A stretch of DNA of 9,658 bases from assembly GCF_002803295.2 (NCBI RefSeq), contig NZ_PGGB02000018.1:8214-17871 (forward strand). The letters are read 5' to 3'. The DNA is from Caedibacter taeniospiralis (lineage in GTDB: Bacteria > Pseudomonadota > Gammaproteobacteria > Francisellales > Francisellaceae). Positions 1 to 7,746 of this stretch are shown one piece after another. How positions within the stretch are numbered: position 1 is the first letter of the stretch; every line of letters begins with the position of its first letter. The notes below the pieces were generated by a model, which saw only the letters and a list, made by a program, of their open reading frames with translations, searched no databases and was not told where the DNA came from. Made by a program: the position numbers and the translations under genes.

Positions 1-107
1 TGAGCCGTGATAGGCTGTCTCATGTCAGTAATAATTTGATAGCGTGTATTGTTAGGCTTAGCATCATCATTGTAAGGAATATTGGGTCTTTGGAATCGAT
101 TACTCAT
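1..107 (-). CDS. Partial downstream phage gene (5' end only, runs off the left edge)
   Basis: The reverse complement from 107 reads ATG AGT AAT CGA..., giving MSNRFQRPNIPYNDDAKPNNTRYQIITDMRQPITA, open to the window edge. An AGGA motif lies about 10 nt upstream, just after the stop of the preceding gene at 119-121. Same strand as the rest of the operon. Confidence 0.55.
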   Translation of the reverse strand, partial: MSNRFQRPNIPYNDDAKPNNTRYQIITDMRQPITA

Positions 108-118
108 GCTAATTCATC

Positions 119-2224
119 CTATTTACGCTCATATCGACCGTACAAATGCATCTTTTTAAGTGTAAAGGCGCCATTATGCACTTGACCTGACAGCACAATC
201 CAAAATGAGCGTGCAGTAAACTGCAAACGACGATTCATCATGACACCATGTTGCGCTAATCTTAATCCTGAATGACTATCCAAACCCAATGGGACACTAT
301 CCAAAAAATCACCTTTAAAGTCCAAAGAATAACCTTGATGAATATCTTGAGAAAGATCGAAATAACTTGGCCAGTCACCAAAAACACGTAACGATAGTTG
401 GTTGGCTTTATTGATGGCGAAATCAGAAGAGTAGTCAGCAACAACATCATATCGTTTACAGGCAAATCGTCTTGATTTAAGGCTTTTAACAGGCAATGCC
501 CAATTAAAAGTAAATGCTTTGCCGTCATCGGTGTACACATGTCTTAAGCCAACATGATCAGCATACTCTAAAACATTGTTACCAACCGATAGAAACAATC
601 TCCCTAATGCACTGACAAAGCTACTAGCAAATTGAAAAGCTCCTGAAAATAGACTAAAACTGGTTACTTGCGTACTGATGGTTGCAATGACTGTTTTTTC
701 AAAACCTATTTTGAAGCCAATCATTGTGCCACTGCCATAATAAAAACTTCGACAGTTTTTATAGGCTGTATTAGTAGCTTGTGCTGAATTGACGTAACGT
801 TGAATCAGTGGGTCTAAGGCATTCACACTGGATACGGCTGGTTGCTGAGCAATATTCAAAGTGCCTAAACTGACTAAGCCAGTCGGGGAAACAAATAGCA
901 CGTCATTTCCAACACACTGTACTAAATTGCCATGCACTAAACCTTGGTTGAGTGTGATTTGCCATTTAAAATTATCAATATCAAGTGGATTGTATCCACT
1001 CCATATCTGTAATTGTTTTCTGCCAAATAAGACAAGATGATTTTGGATTGAGCCAATAGCTTCTAATTGATCAGTAACACCATGCTTATTGGAAACATCA
1101 ATATAAGACACTTGTTTGCTATCTTCGTCAAACCAGCTCGTGATAGAGTCAGCGCGATAACTGTAATACACCTTCAAAGGGCTTAATCTATAGCTCAAAC
1201 TAACAGCACCTTCACTTAACGCCCACAATCGGTTATGTAGTACGTACAGAAAACTAAAACAAGGTGGATAATCTTGATAGAAAAGTTTAACGCCATTTTC
1301 AAACTTAGGCAGTACATCGTTAACCTTGACCGTGACTGTTTCATCTGTTTGTGTCGCATCACTCACTTGAAATGAATAATTCCTGTCGTTAACCTTCAGA
1401 ACAATCGTATTACCAACATATTTTTCAATTGGTGTAATTTTGCCCCACTCAAATGTGAACTGCTCATCATCTAATCGCTTAAAACTTTGCGCAGAAGAAA
1501 GAACGTAATCGCACACTTTGATAATCTTATCACCATCAAAACGGATAATATTATCTATGCCATTGCAGATAATAAGCTCATCTTTGAAAAAGACCGCTCT
1601 AGGAATAATATTCGTAGCCAAATGCTCGTATAATTTAGTGAGTTTATGATGTAAATAATCATAGCAATACAAAGAACCTGAGCCATGATATATCTTGGTT
1701 ATTTTACCGTGCGCAACAGGCTCTGCAATAAAGTTATTTTGCAGATCAATCCTAAGTGTATTCTCTGATTGATGAGTGATTCTGTAATGAGCAATCAGCT
1801 GCTGTGCGCCTGAATTTTCATATTCAATTTTGATGCGATCAGCAGTACAGTAACACTCAATGTTTTTGCTAGCAAATTCGACACACTCAGCAGAAATGAG
1901 TTTCGCGTTAGCCCATGTTGTATCGAAGGTGAACTCGCTGACATACAACAGCAAAAGTTGTCGTCCATCTCGATGACAAAAATCGAACATTTCAAGGATG
2001 ATGCTGTCATGTTTTAAACCTTCAGTATAATGCTCAGCATCATAGGCAATAGAGGGCAAGGCTTTGCTTCCGTACCTCACTTTGCCTTCACCTAGGGGCA
2101 AAGCAACCATATTTTCCAATAGGTAGCTGCGATTCTCTGGTAATGACTCAGGCGAGATATTTTGATTCATCCCATAGACTGGTATAGCTGCCTCGATAAT
2201 CTCGTATTGACCACTTTTCAACAT
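119..2224 (-). CDS. Large virion protein, possibly P22 gp10-like packaged-DNA stabilisation / head-tail protein
   Basis: 701-aa ORF in the structural operon. Central motifs such as LHNRLWALSEG..., LVLFGRKQLQIWSG and GLVHGNLVQCVGNDVLFVSPTGLVSLG resemble gp10-type stabilisation proteins. Family assignment is from memory, with no search run. Confidence 0.5.
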   Translation of the reverse strand: MLKSGQYEIIEAAIPVYGMNQNISPESLPENRSYLLENMVALPLGEGKVRYGSKALPSIAYDAEHYTEGLKHDSIILEMFDFCHRDGRQLLLLYVSEFTFDTTWANAKLISAECVEFASKNIECYCTADRIKIEYENSGAQQLIAHYRITHQSENTLRIDLQNNFIAEPVAHGKITKIYHGSGSLYCYDYLHHKLTKLYEHLATNIIPRAVFFKDELIICNGIDNIIRFDGDKIIKVCDYVLSSAQSFKRLDDEQFTFEWGKITPIEKYVGNTIVLKVNDRNYSFQVSDATQTDETVTVKVNDVLPKFENGVKLFYQDYPPCFSFLYVLHNRLWALSEGAVSLSYRLSPLKVYYSYRADSITSWFDEDSKQVSYIDVSNKHGVTDQLEAIGSIQNHLVLFGRKQLQIWSGYNPLDIDNFKWQITLNQGLVHGNLVQCVGNDVLFVSPTGLVSLGTLNIAQQPAVSSVNALDPLIQRYVNSAQATNTAYKNCRSFYYGSGTMIGFKIGFEKTVIATISTQVTSFSLFSGAFQFASSFVSALGRLFLSVGNNVLEYADHVGLRHVYTDDGKAFTFNWALPVKSLKSRRFACKRYDVVADYSSDFAINKANQLSLRVFGDWPSYFDLSQDIHQGYSLDFKGDFLDSVPLGLDSHSGLRLAQHGVMMNRRLQFTARSFWIVLSGQVHNGAFTLKKMHLYGRYERK

Positions 2225-2234
2225 ATTGGCGCAC

Positions 2235-2864
2235 CTAACTAATGTTAAAAGTCGCTTTTACCGGTTTGTGGTAATTTGCAGTCAAATGACCATGGAAATC
2301 ACGTATACCAGTCTGCCAACGATTCAAGGTAGCCAAGAGCTCACTACTATTTTTCATGCCGCTATCATTTTGATAGATGCGATAGGCTGTGCCATCAATT
2401 AGTAGTGGCTGGTAGGATGATTCATACGGAATATCTTCCGATTTTGTCGCTAAACTAAAAGGCTGAGGTCTATCTATTGACCAAACACCCACCCGACAGC
2501 TTTTGCGTGGATAGCAGTGCATTCGTTCATTCAACAAAAACCACCACAATGGCTCGCCTTTTTTTTCAATGCGAGGATCGCTTTTAGTAATAGCAATGAA
2601 ACTCACTGGCTCAAGCAACCGATTGTTTGCCCTGTCGTAGACTTGCAACACACGAAACGCGCTCAACTTATCTGCAGAGATGCCATCAGCTAAATCAACC
2701 TCCTGGTGAGATTTTGTTGCTAATGGATTGACGGTTGCGGTAAAGTTATATAACTCGAAGTGTGCTTGATTGAGATAGCTCAAATATATGGCACAATCAT
2801 CGTCACTTGGCGATATGCCTAAGCTTTGTGAAGCTGCTTGTGTAATAATCTCACGAGCATCCAT
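2235..2864 (-). CDS. Putative head-tail connector/adaptor (tail accessory factor-like) protein
   Basis: 209-aa ORF beginning MDAREIITQAASQSLGI. Size, position after the capsid gene, and a helical N-terminus with EPLWWFLLNERMHCYP suit a podovirus adaptor. Its ATG overlaps the upstream stop as TAATG (2862-2866). Confidence 0.45.
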   Translation of the reverse strand: MDAREIITQAASQSLGISPSDDDCAIYLSYLNQAHFELYNFTATVNPLATKSHQEVDLADGISADKLSAFRVLQVYDRANNRLLEPVSFIAITKSDPRIEKKGEPLWWFLLNERMHCYPRKSCRVGVWSIDRPQPFSLATKSEDIPYESSYQPLLIDGTAYRIYQNDSGMKNSSELLATLNRWQTGIRDFHGHLTANYHKPVKATFNIS

Positions 2865-3211
2865 TAAGCACCAATCACTAAGGTTAGAATGATTCGAGCA
2901 TTAGCAGGTATTTTATTGTCTTCTACATCTGGAATAGTTAAATTTAACGTATTGGTAGCAGCATCTACAGCAATTGTATCACCGGTTGTGTCTATGACTA
3001 CGCCAGCATCTGTATACACATCAAAGCTCTGAACTGCGAGTATCTTACCCCCAGACGTCCACTTGTAAATCGGATAAGCAGCGTTATGAGCTAATTCCAG
3101 TGTGTTAGCAATATCAATCACGTGTAGCTGTTTGTCTGAACCGCTTGTGTCTCGACTATTGATAGCAGTAGCAGCCTCTGCTTTTGTGGTTTTGGTATAA
3201 CGTATAATCAT
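2864..3211 (-). CDS. Small hypothetical virion-associated protein
   Basis: 115-aa ORF with AGGAG just upstream of the ATG and predicted beta-rich sequence. It sits between the capsid and connector genes and is translationally coupled (TAATG) to the next gene. Confidence 0.5.
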   Translation of the reverse strand: MIIRYTKTTKAEAATAINSRDTSGSDKQLHVIDIANTLELAHNAAYPIYKWTSGGKILAVQSFDVYTDAGVVIDTTGDTIAVDAATNTLNLTIPDVEDNKIPANARIILTLVIGA

Positions 3212-3258
3212 ATAAATCTCCTATTTTTTCCTATGCTTTTTTGCTCTTCTTTTGCTCT

Positions 3259-4380
3259 TTAAGCAATCCGTACAAAGGAATGAATAATGCCTGCTTCAGC
3301 ATCCACACGTGGGTCTATTTTACTTGGGAATTTCAAAGCAGCTTGTCCGCGATATTCTTTAACACCTATACCAATATTGTCTTGATAGTCCCATGTTTGC
3401 GTGATGATTTGTGGTCGAGATGACCACACTAAACCAACCGCATTACCGCCTAATAGAAGATTCCATGCAGCCACTTTGTTGTCTGCACTATTGACTCTGA
3501 ACTCTGCCAATTCATGACATTCATACACCATCACACCTTCAACTTGCCCACGATAACGTGCGCCATCTAAACCATTGGGCATATCTTCCGTTTGTCTTCG
3601 TGCGCTATCATAGTAAATTGACCAAGCAGGGTCTTTTGCAAGAGAGCTATAGCTTTCAGGGTCAATCAAGTAGATATAGTTTTCTACAGGAAATCCTTTG
3701 CGTGTTGTTAACTCAACAGGCGTCAATGGCGTTTCTCTATTAATATTGGTACCACCCATGCGTGCGTAACGATGCAATTTACGTATATGATCAACGGATA
3801 AACCATCTTTTGTATGTGAATCTACCTGAAAGTTAGCAGTATTCATCGCGTCACATCCAGCATAAATACTGTTTTGATAGCCTTTCCCGCCAAAAACAAC
3901 ACGATCAGTTATTGCGCCATTACCGCCATTTGCAGAGTTATACAAGTCGACGGTCATTGCTTTTAGTATATCTCGTACTAATTTTTTTCGCTGTAGTCTC
4001 AAAATAGCCGGTTGCATTGCCTCATATATTTTCAATGGCGATCTTTGACGCACAATATCAGGTGCTTGTAGTTTTAAGGCATTTCGTTCACGCGTAGTCA
4101 CAACGGTTTGTGAAAAAATATTTAAATCTTGCTCATTACCTTGTAACTGCTCAAATTCTTTCACATCATGGCCTAACTCTAACTCTCTTAACAACGAAAA
4201 TGTGTAAGATGCACCAGCGCCTGTATCTAACTCAGCTAGATGAATAGCGGAACTGTCAGAAACGCCCATGAAGGCAGACAGGTTGGTTAAGCCAACATAT
4301 TCTTTGAAAAATTGATCCGCAATTTTTCTATCTTCAAGGGTAATATCATAATGATTGGGTAAAGATGGACTAAAAGCCAT
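3259..4380 (-). CDS. Major capsid protein, N4-gp56 / DUF4043-like family
   Basis: 373-aa ORF with AAGGAG 6 nt before the ATG. It contains DTGAGASYTFSLLRELELG...LQGNEQDLNIFSQTVVTTRERNALKL and TPLTPVELTTRKGFPVENYIYLIDPESYSSLAKDP.W, the layout typical of this capsid family. Located directly downstream of the scaffold-like gene. Confidence 0.75.
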   Translation of the reverse strand: MAFSPSLPNHYDITLEDRKIADQFFKEYVGLTNLSAFMGVSDSSAIHLAELDTGAGASYTFSLLRELELGHDVKEFEQLQGNEQDLNIFSQTVVTTRERNALKLQAPDIVRQRSPLKIYEAMQPAILRLQRKKLVRDILKAMTVDLYNSANGGNGAITDRVVFGGKGYQNSIYAGCDAMNTANFQVDSHTKDGLSVDHIRKLHRYARMGGTNINRETPLTPVELTTRKGFPVENYIYLIDPESYSSLAKDPAWSIYYDSARRQTEDMPNGLDGARYRGQVEGVMVYECHELAEFRVNSADNKVAAWNLLLGGNAVGLVWSSRPQIITQTWDYQDNIGIGVKEYRGQAALKFPSKIDPRVDAEAGIIHSFVRIA

Positions 4381-4419
4381 AATCGCTCCTTATTTTTAAT
4401 ATCTTCTAAAACCAAAAAA

Positions 4420-4447
4420 TTGTTAAGACAAAACAAATCCATAGCAT
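4420..4447 (+). promoter_or_regulatory. Possible sigma70-like promoter for the 47-aa plus-strand ORF
   Basis: TTGTTA (4420-4425), 16-nt spacer, TAGCAT (4442-4447), each matching 4 of 6 consensus bases. Located 64 nt upstream of the ATG at 4511. Such matches are common in AT-rich DNA. Confidence 0.2.
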
Positions 4448-4510
4448 TAAAAATACCATAAAAAAGTCATCTATTTTTTCATTGGTTCTAAAGGGAAGGA
4501 GCTGCTTTCT

Positions 4511-4654
4511 ATGATTGAAACGCTTGCGTCTTTAGTATCAACGCTACAACAGATGATAAACTACTTGCTTTCTCACGAAGGAGGGACGGAGTTGGTTTAT
4601 CCTCTGTTGGTGTTCACGAACATATTTTTCAGCGACTACTTAAAGCTTGATTGA
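4511..4654 (+). CDS. Small hypothetical protein (47 aa), opposite strand to the operon
   Basis: ATG at 4511, TGA at 4652-4654: MIETLASLVSTLQQMINYLLSHEGGTELVYPLLVFTNIFFSDYLKLD. AAGGAG lies 9 nt before the ATG. Occupies the 248-bp gap between the capsid and scaffold genes and overlaps the scaffold 3' end by 26 bp. Confidence 0.4.
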   Translation: MIETLASLVSTLQQMINYLLSHEGGTELVYPLLVFTNIFFSDYLKLD

Positions 4655-5609
4655 GCAGACTGCTTAGACTATTGTCTTTGGTTAGGAGACCTTTTGCTGC
4701 TTTATCTTGCAAGTAATAATTTTCACTGTAAATGTATTCGCTACTATGCTTGTATTCTAATATTTCTTGCTGTAACTTGTCAATCTCTTTTTGCTTATCA
4801 GCTAACGCTTTTTGGTAATATTTGCTGAGTTTTTTGATGCTGCCTTTCTGCGTTAATTCCTGGTGTACTGGCATATATTCTTCACCTGCTTTTAACATCG
4901 CACGTGTTAAGGCAATAGAATCCGATTTCAAATGCTTAAATTCCTCAAACAAATCCATTAACTCAGACTCATCGCCTGTTTTGAGTAATGTCTGAAAAGC
5001 ACTCACTTTCTCATCAATTGCCCCATCATTGGTGTATTTCTTGAGATTGGCAATTTCACTATCCCATATTGACGCATATTCAGTCAAAGGATGACTGTTA
5101 ACTTCTTCTTTACCCTCTTTACCCTCATGCTGGGCATCTTCAAACAATTCAGCAGCTTCTTCAGCGGTGAGTTTGCCTGACTCCACACAGTCATGAAGCT
5201 TTTTGTCTAAGGTTTTAAGCTTACGTGATAGCTGATTTCCCCATTGCAGCGTATCTTGATGCTTTTGCTCAAGTAATAACAACGCTTGCTTTATGTCTGG
5301 TTCGTCTGACTTTGAATCAGCCATCTTTTTTTCTTCTTTTGCTTCTTTTGCTTCTTTTGCTTCTTTTGCTTCTTTGACGTTTTTTGCATCTGTCTTAGAA
5401 TCAGAGGTGCCATTATTGTCAACACCACGACTTGATTGCTCTTTAGGACGATTAAAAATATCTATCAAAGAAACCTTTGTTTTGTTTGTTTTATCTGTTA
5501 TATTTTTTTTAGAAGCTTCTGATGTTTTTGATGTTTTTGATGTTTTTAATGGATTCTCAGATGCTTCTATATTCTCTTGATTCAACAGTGACTCATTTAG
5601 TTCAGGCAT
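4629..5609 (-). CDS. Putative phage scaffolding protein
   Basis: 326-aa highly charged, coiled-coil-prone protein (Lys/Glu/Ser-rich, few aromatics) placed between the portal and capsid genes, the usual scaffold position. The start codon overlaps the stop of the split portal 3' end (TAATG). Confidence 0.6.
   Translation of the reverse strand: MPELNESLLNQENIEASENPLKTSKTSKTSEASKKNITDKTNKTKVSLIDIFNRPKEQSSRGVDNNGTSDSKTDAKNVKEAKEAKEAKEAKEEKKMADSKSDEPDIKQALLLLEQKHQDTLQWGNQLSRKLKTLDKKLHDCVESGKLTAEEAAELFEDAQHEGKEGKEEVNSHPLTEYASIWDSEIANLKKYTNDGAIDEKVSAFQTLLKTGDESELMDLFEEFKHLKSDSIALTRAMLKAGEEYMPVHQELTQKGSIKKLSKYYQKALADKQKEIDKLQQEILEYKHSSEYIYSENYYLQDKAAKGLLTKDNSLSSLLNQALSSR
5332..5376 (+). repeat. Short tandem repeat, 9-bp unit about x5 (GCTTCTTTT)
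   Basis: Four consecutive units start at 5341, 5350, 5359 and 5368 (the last with a terminal G), preceded by one imperfect unit. On the minus strand it encodes KEAKEAKEAKEAKEE. Confidence 0.9.
5521..5547 (+). repeat. Short tandem repeat, 9-bp unit x3 (GATGTTTTT)
   Basis: GATGTTTTT at 5521, 5530 and 5539. Encodes KTSKTSKTS in the scaffold-like N-terminal region. Confidence 0.9.
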
Positions 5610-5773
5610 TATCTTCCTCCAGCATCTGTTATATTTAGATTATCCGATTGATTTGCTTGATTACTCTTCTGCAATATCATTTGAAAATCTTTAGCAAGGT
5701 CTTCGTAATCTCTAATTCCTAAACGTTTGAGCAACGCTGATGATTGTAATATCAGCATGGCATTTTGATTGCT
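5609..5773 (-). pseudogene. Orphan 3' end of the portal gene, separated from the main portal ORF by the repeat element
   Basis: The reverse complement reads SNQNAMLILQSSALLKRLGIRDYEDLAKDFQMILQKSNQANQSDNLNITDAGGR*. It ends as TAATG with the scaffold start, has AT content like the rest of the phage DNA, and follows directly after the GC-rich insert. It lacks a convincing start codon and is in a different frame from the main portal ORF. Confidence 0.65.
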
Positions 5774-5808
5774 GAGCAACGCTCGCTGCGAGCCATGGAT
5801 AGCGGAAC

Positions 5809-6074
5809 GCGAGGGCGAGTAGACCCGGGTAGCCTTGCGCTGTTGATCAGCAAGCGACGTGCCGAAGGCGCCAGAGCGAAGTCTGTGAAAAAGCTTTTAC
5901 CCAAGGCGTAGAGTAGAATCGGAAACGTGTTGTCTGTTCGGAATGAGCGTAGCGAATTTGTGAGGACAAGCACCGTTGAGGCGGGCGGCCCGGGCAAAAT
6001 TTATACCGCCGAGGATAGCCGATTCGATTTTGTGTATGGATATACAAAATCTATCATGAGGCCCGAGGCACCCT
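5809..6074 (+). repeat. Inverted repeat copy A: GC-rich mobile-like repeat (left end probably extends to about 5774-5781)
   Basis: 265/266 identical, ungapped, to the reverse complement of 9393-9658. The only mismatch is G at 5985 against T at 9482 (A on the other strand). About 54% GC. Identity ends exactly after CACCCT at the right side. Confidence 0.95.
6026..6051 (+). other. Stem-loop inside repeat copy A (same structure at 9416-9441 in copy B)
   Basis: gatttt-(gt)-gtat-ggat-atac-aaaatc: 10 paired positions with a 2-nt bulge and a 4-nt loop. Confidence 0.4.
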
Positions 6075-7733
6075 GTCAAGTCGAGCCTGTTGCTCTTGAG
6101 TTGGACTTTCAAAATCAGGAACTTCCTCAATATGAATAGACAAAGGCAATGTCCTGATATCATTGACAACCACTCGCTTGCCGTCCACATCATGAACACA
6201 ATTCAAAATGACAATTTCTCGCTTCTCATCTTCTGTCAAAATCTGCGATTCAAGAAAAGCACCAGAGCCAGATTGAATTAAATTAAGCATCATTCTCGCT
6301 TCACGTTTCTTCATCAATTTAAGATTATCAAACGCAATCGTCTGACCTCTGACTGAGTTCACTTGCCGCGCTCTGATTGCTACACCACTTTGCGCATTGG
6401 TTTCTTTGCCAAGCGCCTCATCATAATACCCAGAGACACGTTGTATATCCTCAACAGTCTTTTCTAGTAAAGTAAAATACCCACCAGAAATTTGATTATT
6501 GGCATGCAATTCAAATCGACTTCCTGGTGATATTTCAATAGCAGCACCAGGATCGCTTAACATCGCTTCAATTTCATGTGGTTCTTTGTTAGAGAAAGCA
6601 CCTTCATCATAAATTGCGCGCGTGGAACTTAATAAATAAGACAGTCGAGTTTGTAGTGAATTGTATCTACGCTGTACAGGTTTCATTGAAGACAACCAAC
6701 CGTCGGGAACTCCATCACTATAGCGTCGTGACCACAGACAAGGAATATAAGTAAAATCTGGAAGATCAGGTACATTAGGCTTTAACGGCGCATATTCCAA
6801 CAGTCTATCTTCAGTAAACAACACGCGCATAATTGCTTTTGATGATTTCCTTTCTAAATCAGTCATTTTCTCAACAAGGCTTAATGCCTCTTTCTCATTA
6901 AAAGTGGCAAAATAATGACCATTGATATCCATTCCCTCAAAACTCATCATCTCCTGACGATATTGAACTTCAATCACACGAACACGTCGACCATATCCTT
7001 CACCTAAGTAAAAAGTATCTAACTCAATCTCTGCTCTTTGCTGAATCTCAGGAGAAACCTCTCCTTGATATTGCTTCCACTCTTTCGCCTCTCTTACATT
7101 TTTTACAACACTAAATCTAGAATCAAAATAACTGCTATGCTTAGGCCATAATCTTTTCATTTCAGCTAACGAAATCCAGCGAATACGAATAACAAACTCC
7201 GAGTTATTCAACTGCGAACTTAAGTCATCTGGGTCAAAAAGCACATCTAACGGATGCACATGCTCATAGATAATTTCGCTTGTACTGGGTTGTTTGAATA
7301 GGTTACTCCAACCAATACCCGTAATCAGCATATCCATGAATTTCTGGGTGGCTTTATGCGTCATGTCTTGATTTTCTTGAATATGATAGCCTAAGTGCGT
7401 AATCGCTTTAGCTAATCGATCGTCTTTCACATTGCCTGAGCTACTTCTAAAGGCAACACGAAAGCGTGTCTGAACATCAACGCCTGTCAGGCTGTTAATA
7501 ATCGGTTTGACAATGTTAAGTACTTCTGGCGGATAGCCATTAGCCGATAACTTGTGTAACTGAGATTTGTCCCACTGTCCCGTACCATCGTAGAAACCAT
7601 AATCCTCTATGGCTTTTTTACGATAAGCCTTGTTCACTTGGCTCGTCGCCGCATAACGAAAATAATACTGTGCCAAATCCAGTGCTTCTTTTTGTTTTAC
7701 GGTTAATTTTTGTTCCAAAGTTAGGTACTCCAA
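6054..7733 (-). pseudogene. P22-like portal protein, C-terminally truncated by the repeat element
   Basis: 559-aa ORF with KAIEDYGFYDGTGQW...PPEVLNIVKPIINSLTGVDVQTRFRVAFRS, a P22-type portal pattern. The last six residues (RVPRAS) and the stop are encoded by repeat copy A, and the native sequence ends at 6075. Assigned start is TTG at 7733. Confidence 0.75.
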
Positions 7734-7746
7734 AAATCTTAAAAAA

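Noticed and set aside
262-540. 92-aa and 71-aa (1795-2010) ORFs within the 701-aa gene region
   Set aside because: Alternative-frame ORFs overlapping a long coherent coding frame, with no independent support.
3228-3262. Near-duplicate AGAGCAAAA motifs at the capsid stop, considered as regulatory direct repeats
   Set aside because: Only two short imperfect purine-rich copies in AT-rich DNA beside a normal ribosome-binding site, which is not enough to call a site.
3241-3423. 60-aa plus-strand ORF
   Set aside because: Antisense to the well-supported capsid gene 3' end, with no recognisable product.
3558-3743. 61-aa plus-strand ORF
   Set aside because: Fully antisense to the capsid gene and looks like a random open frame.
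5293-5580. 95-aa plus-strand ORF with SSFASFASFASFASL and FDVFDVFDVF repeats
   Set aside because: Antisense reading of the scaffold tandem arrays. Its low complexity simply mirrors the 9-bp repeats.
5809-6074. The element as a self-splicing intron or intein-like insertion in the portal gene
   Set aside because: The two copies lie in opposite orientations relative to their host genes (antisense in portal, sense in the small-terminase fragment), so both could not splice. About 270-300 bp is also short for known introns, and the insert introduces an immediate stop.
6090-6281. 63-aa plus-strand ORF, and the 100-aa minus-strand ORF at 5897-6199
   Set aside because: Overlap the portal coding region out of frame. 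The 100-aa ORF spans the phage/repeat junction by chance.
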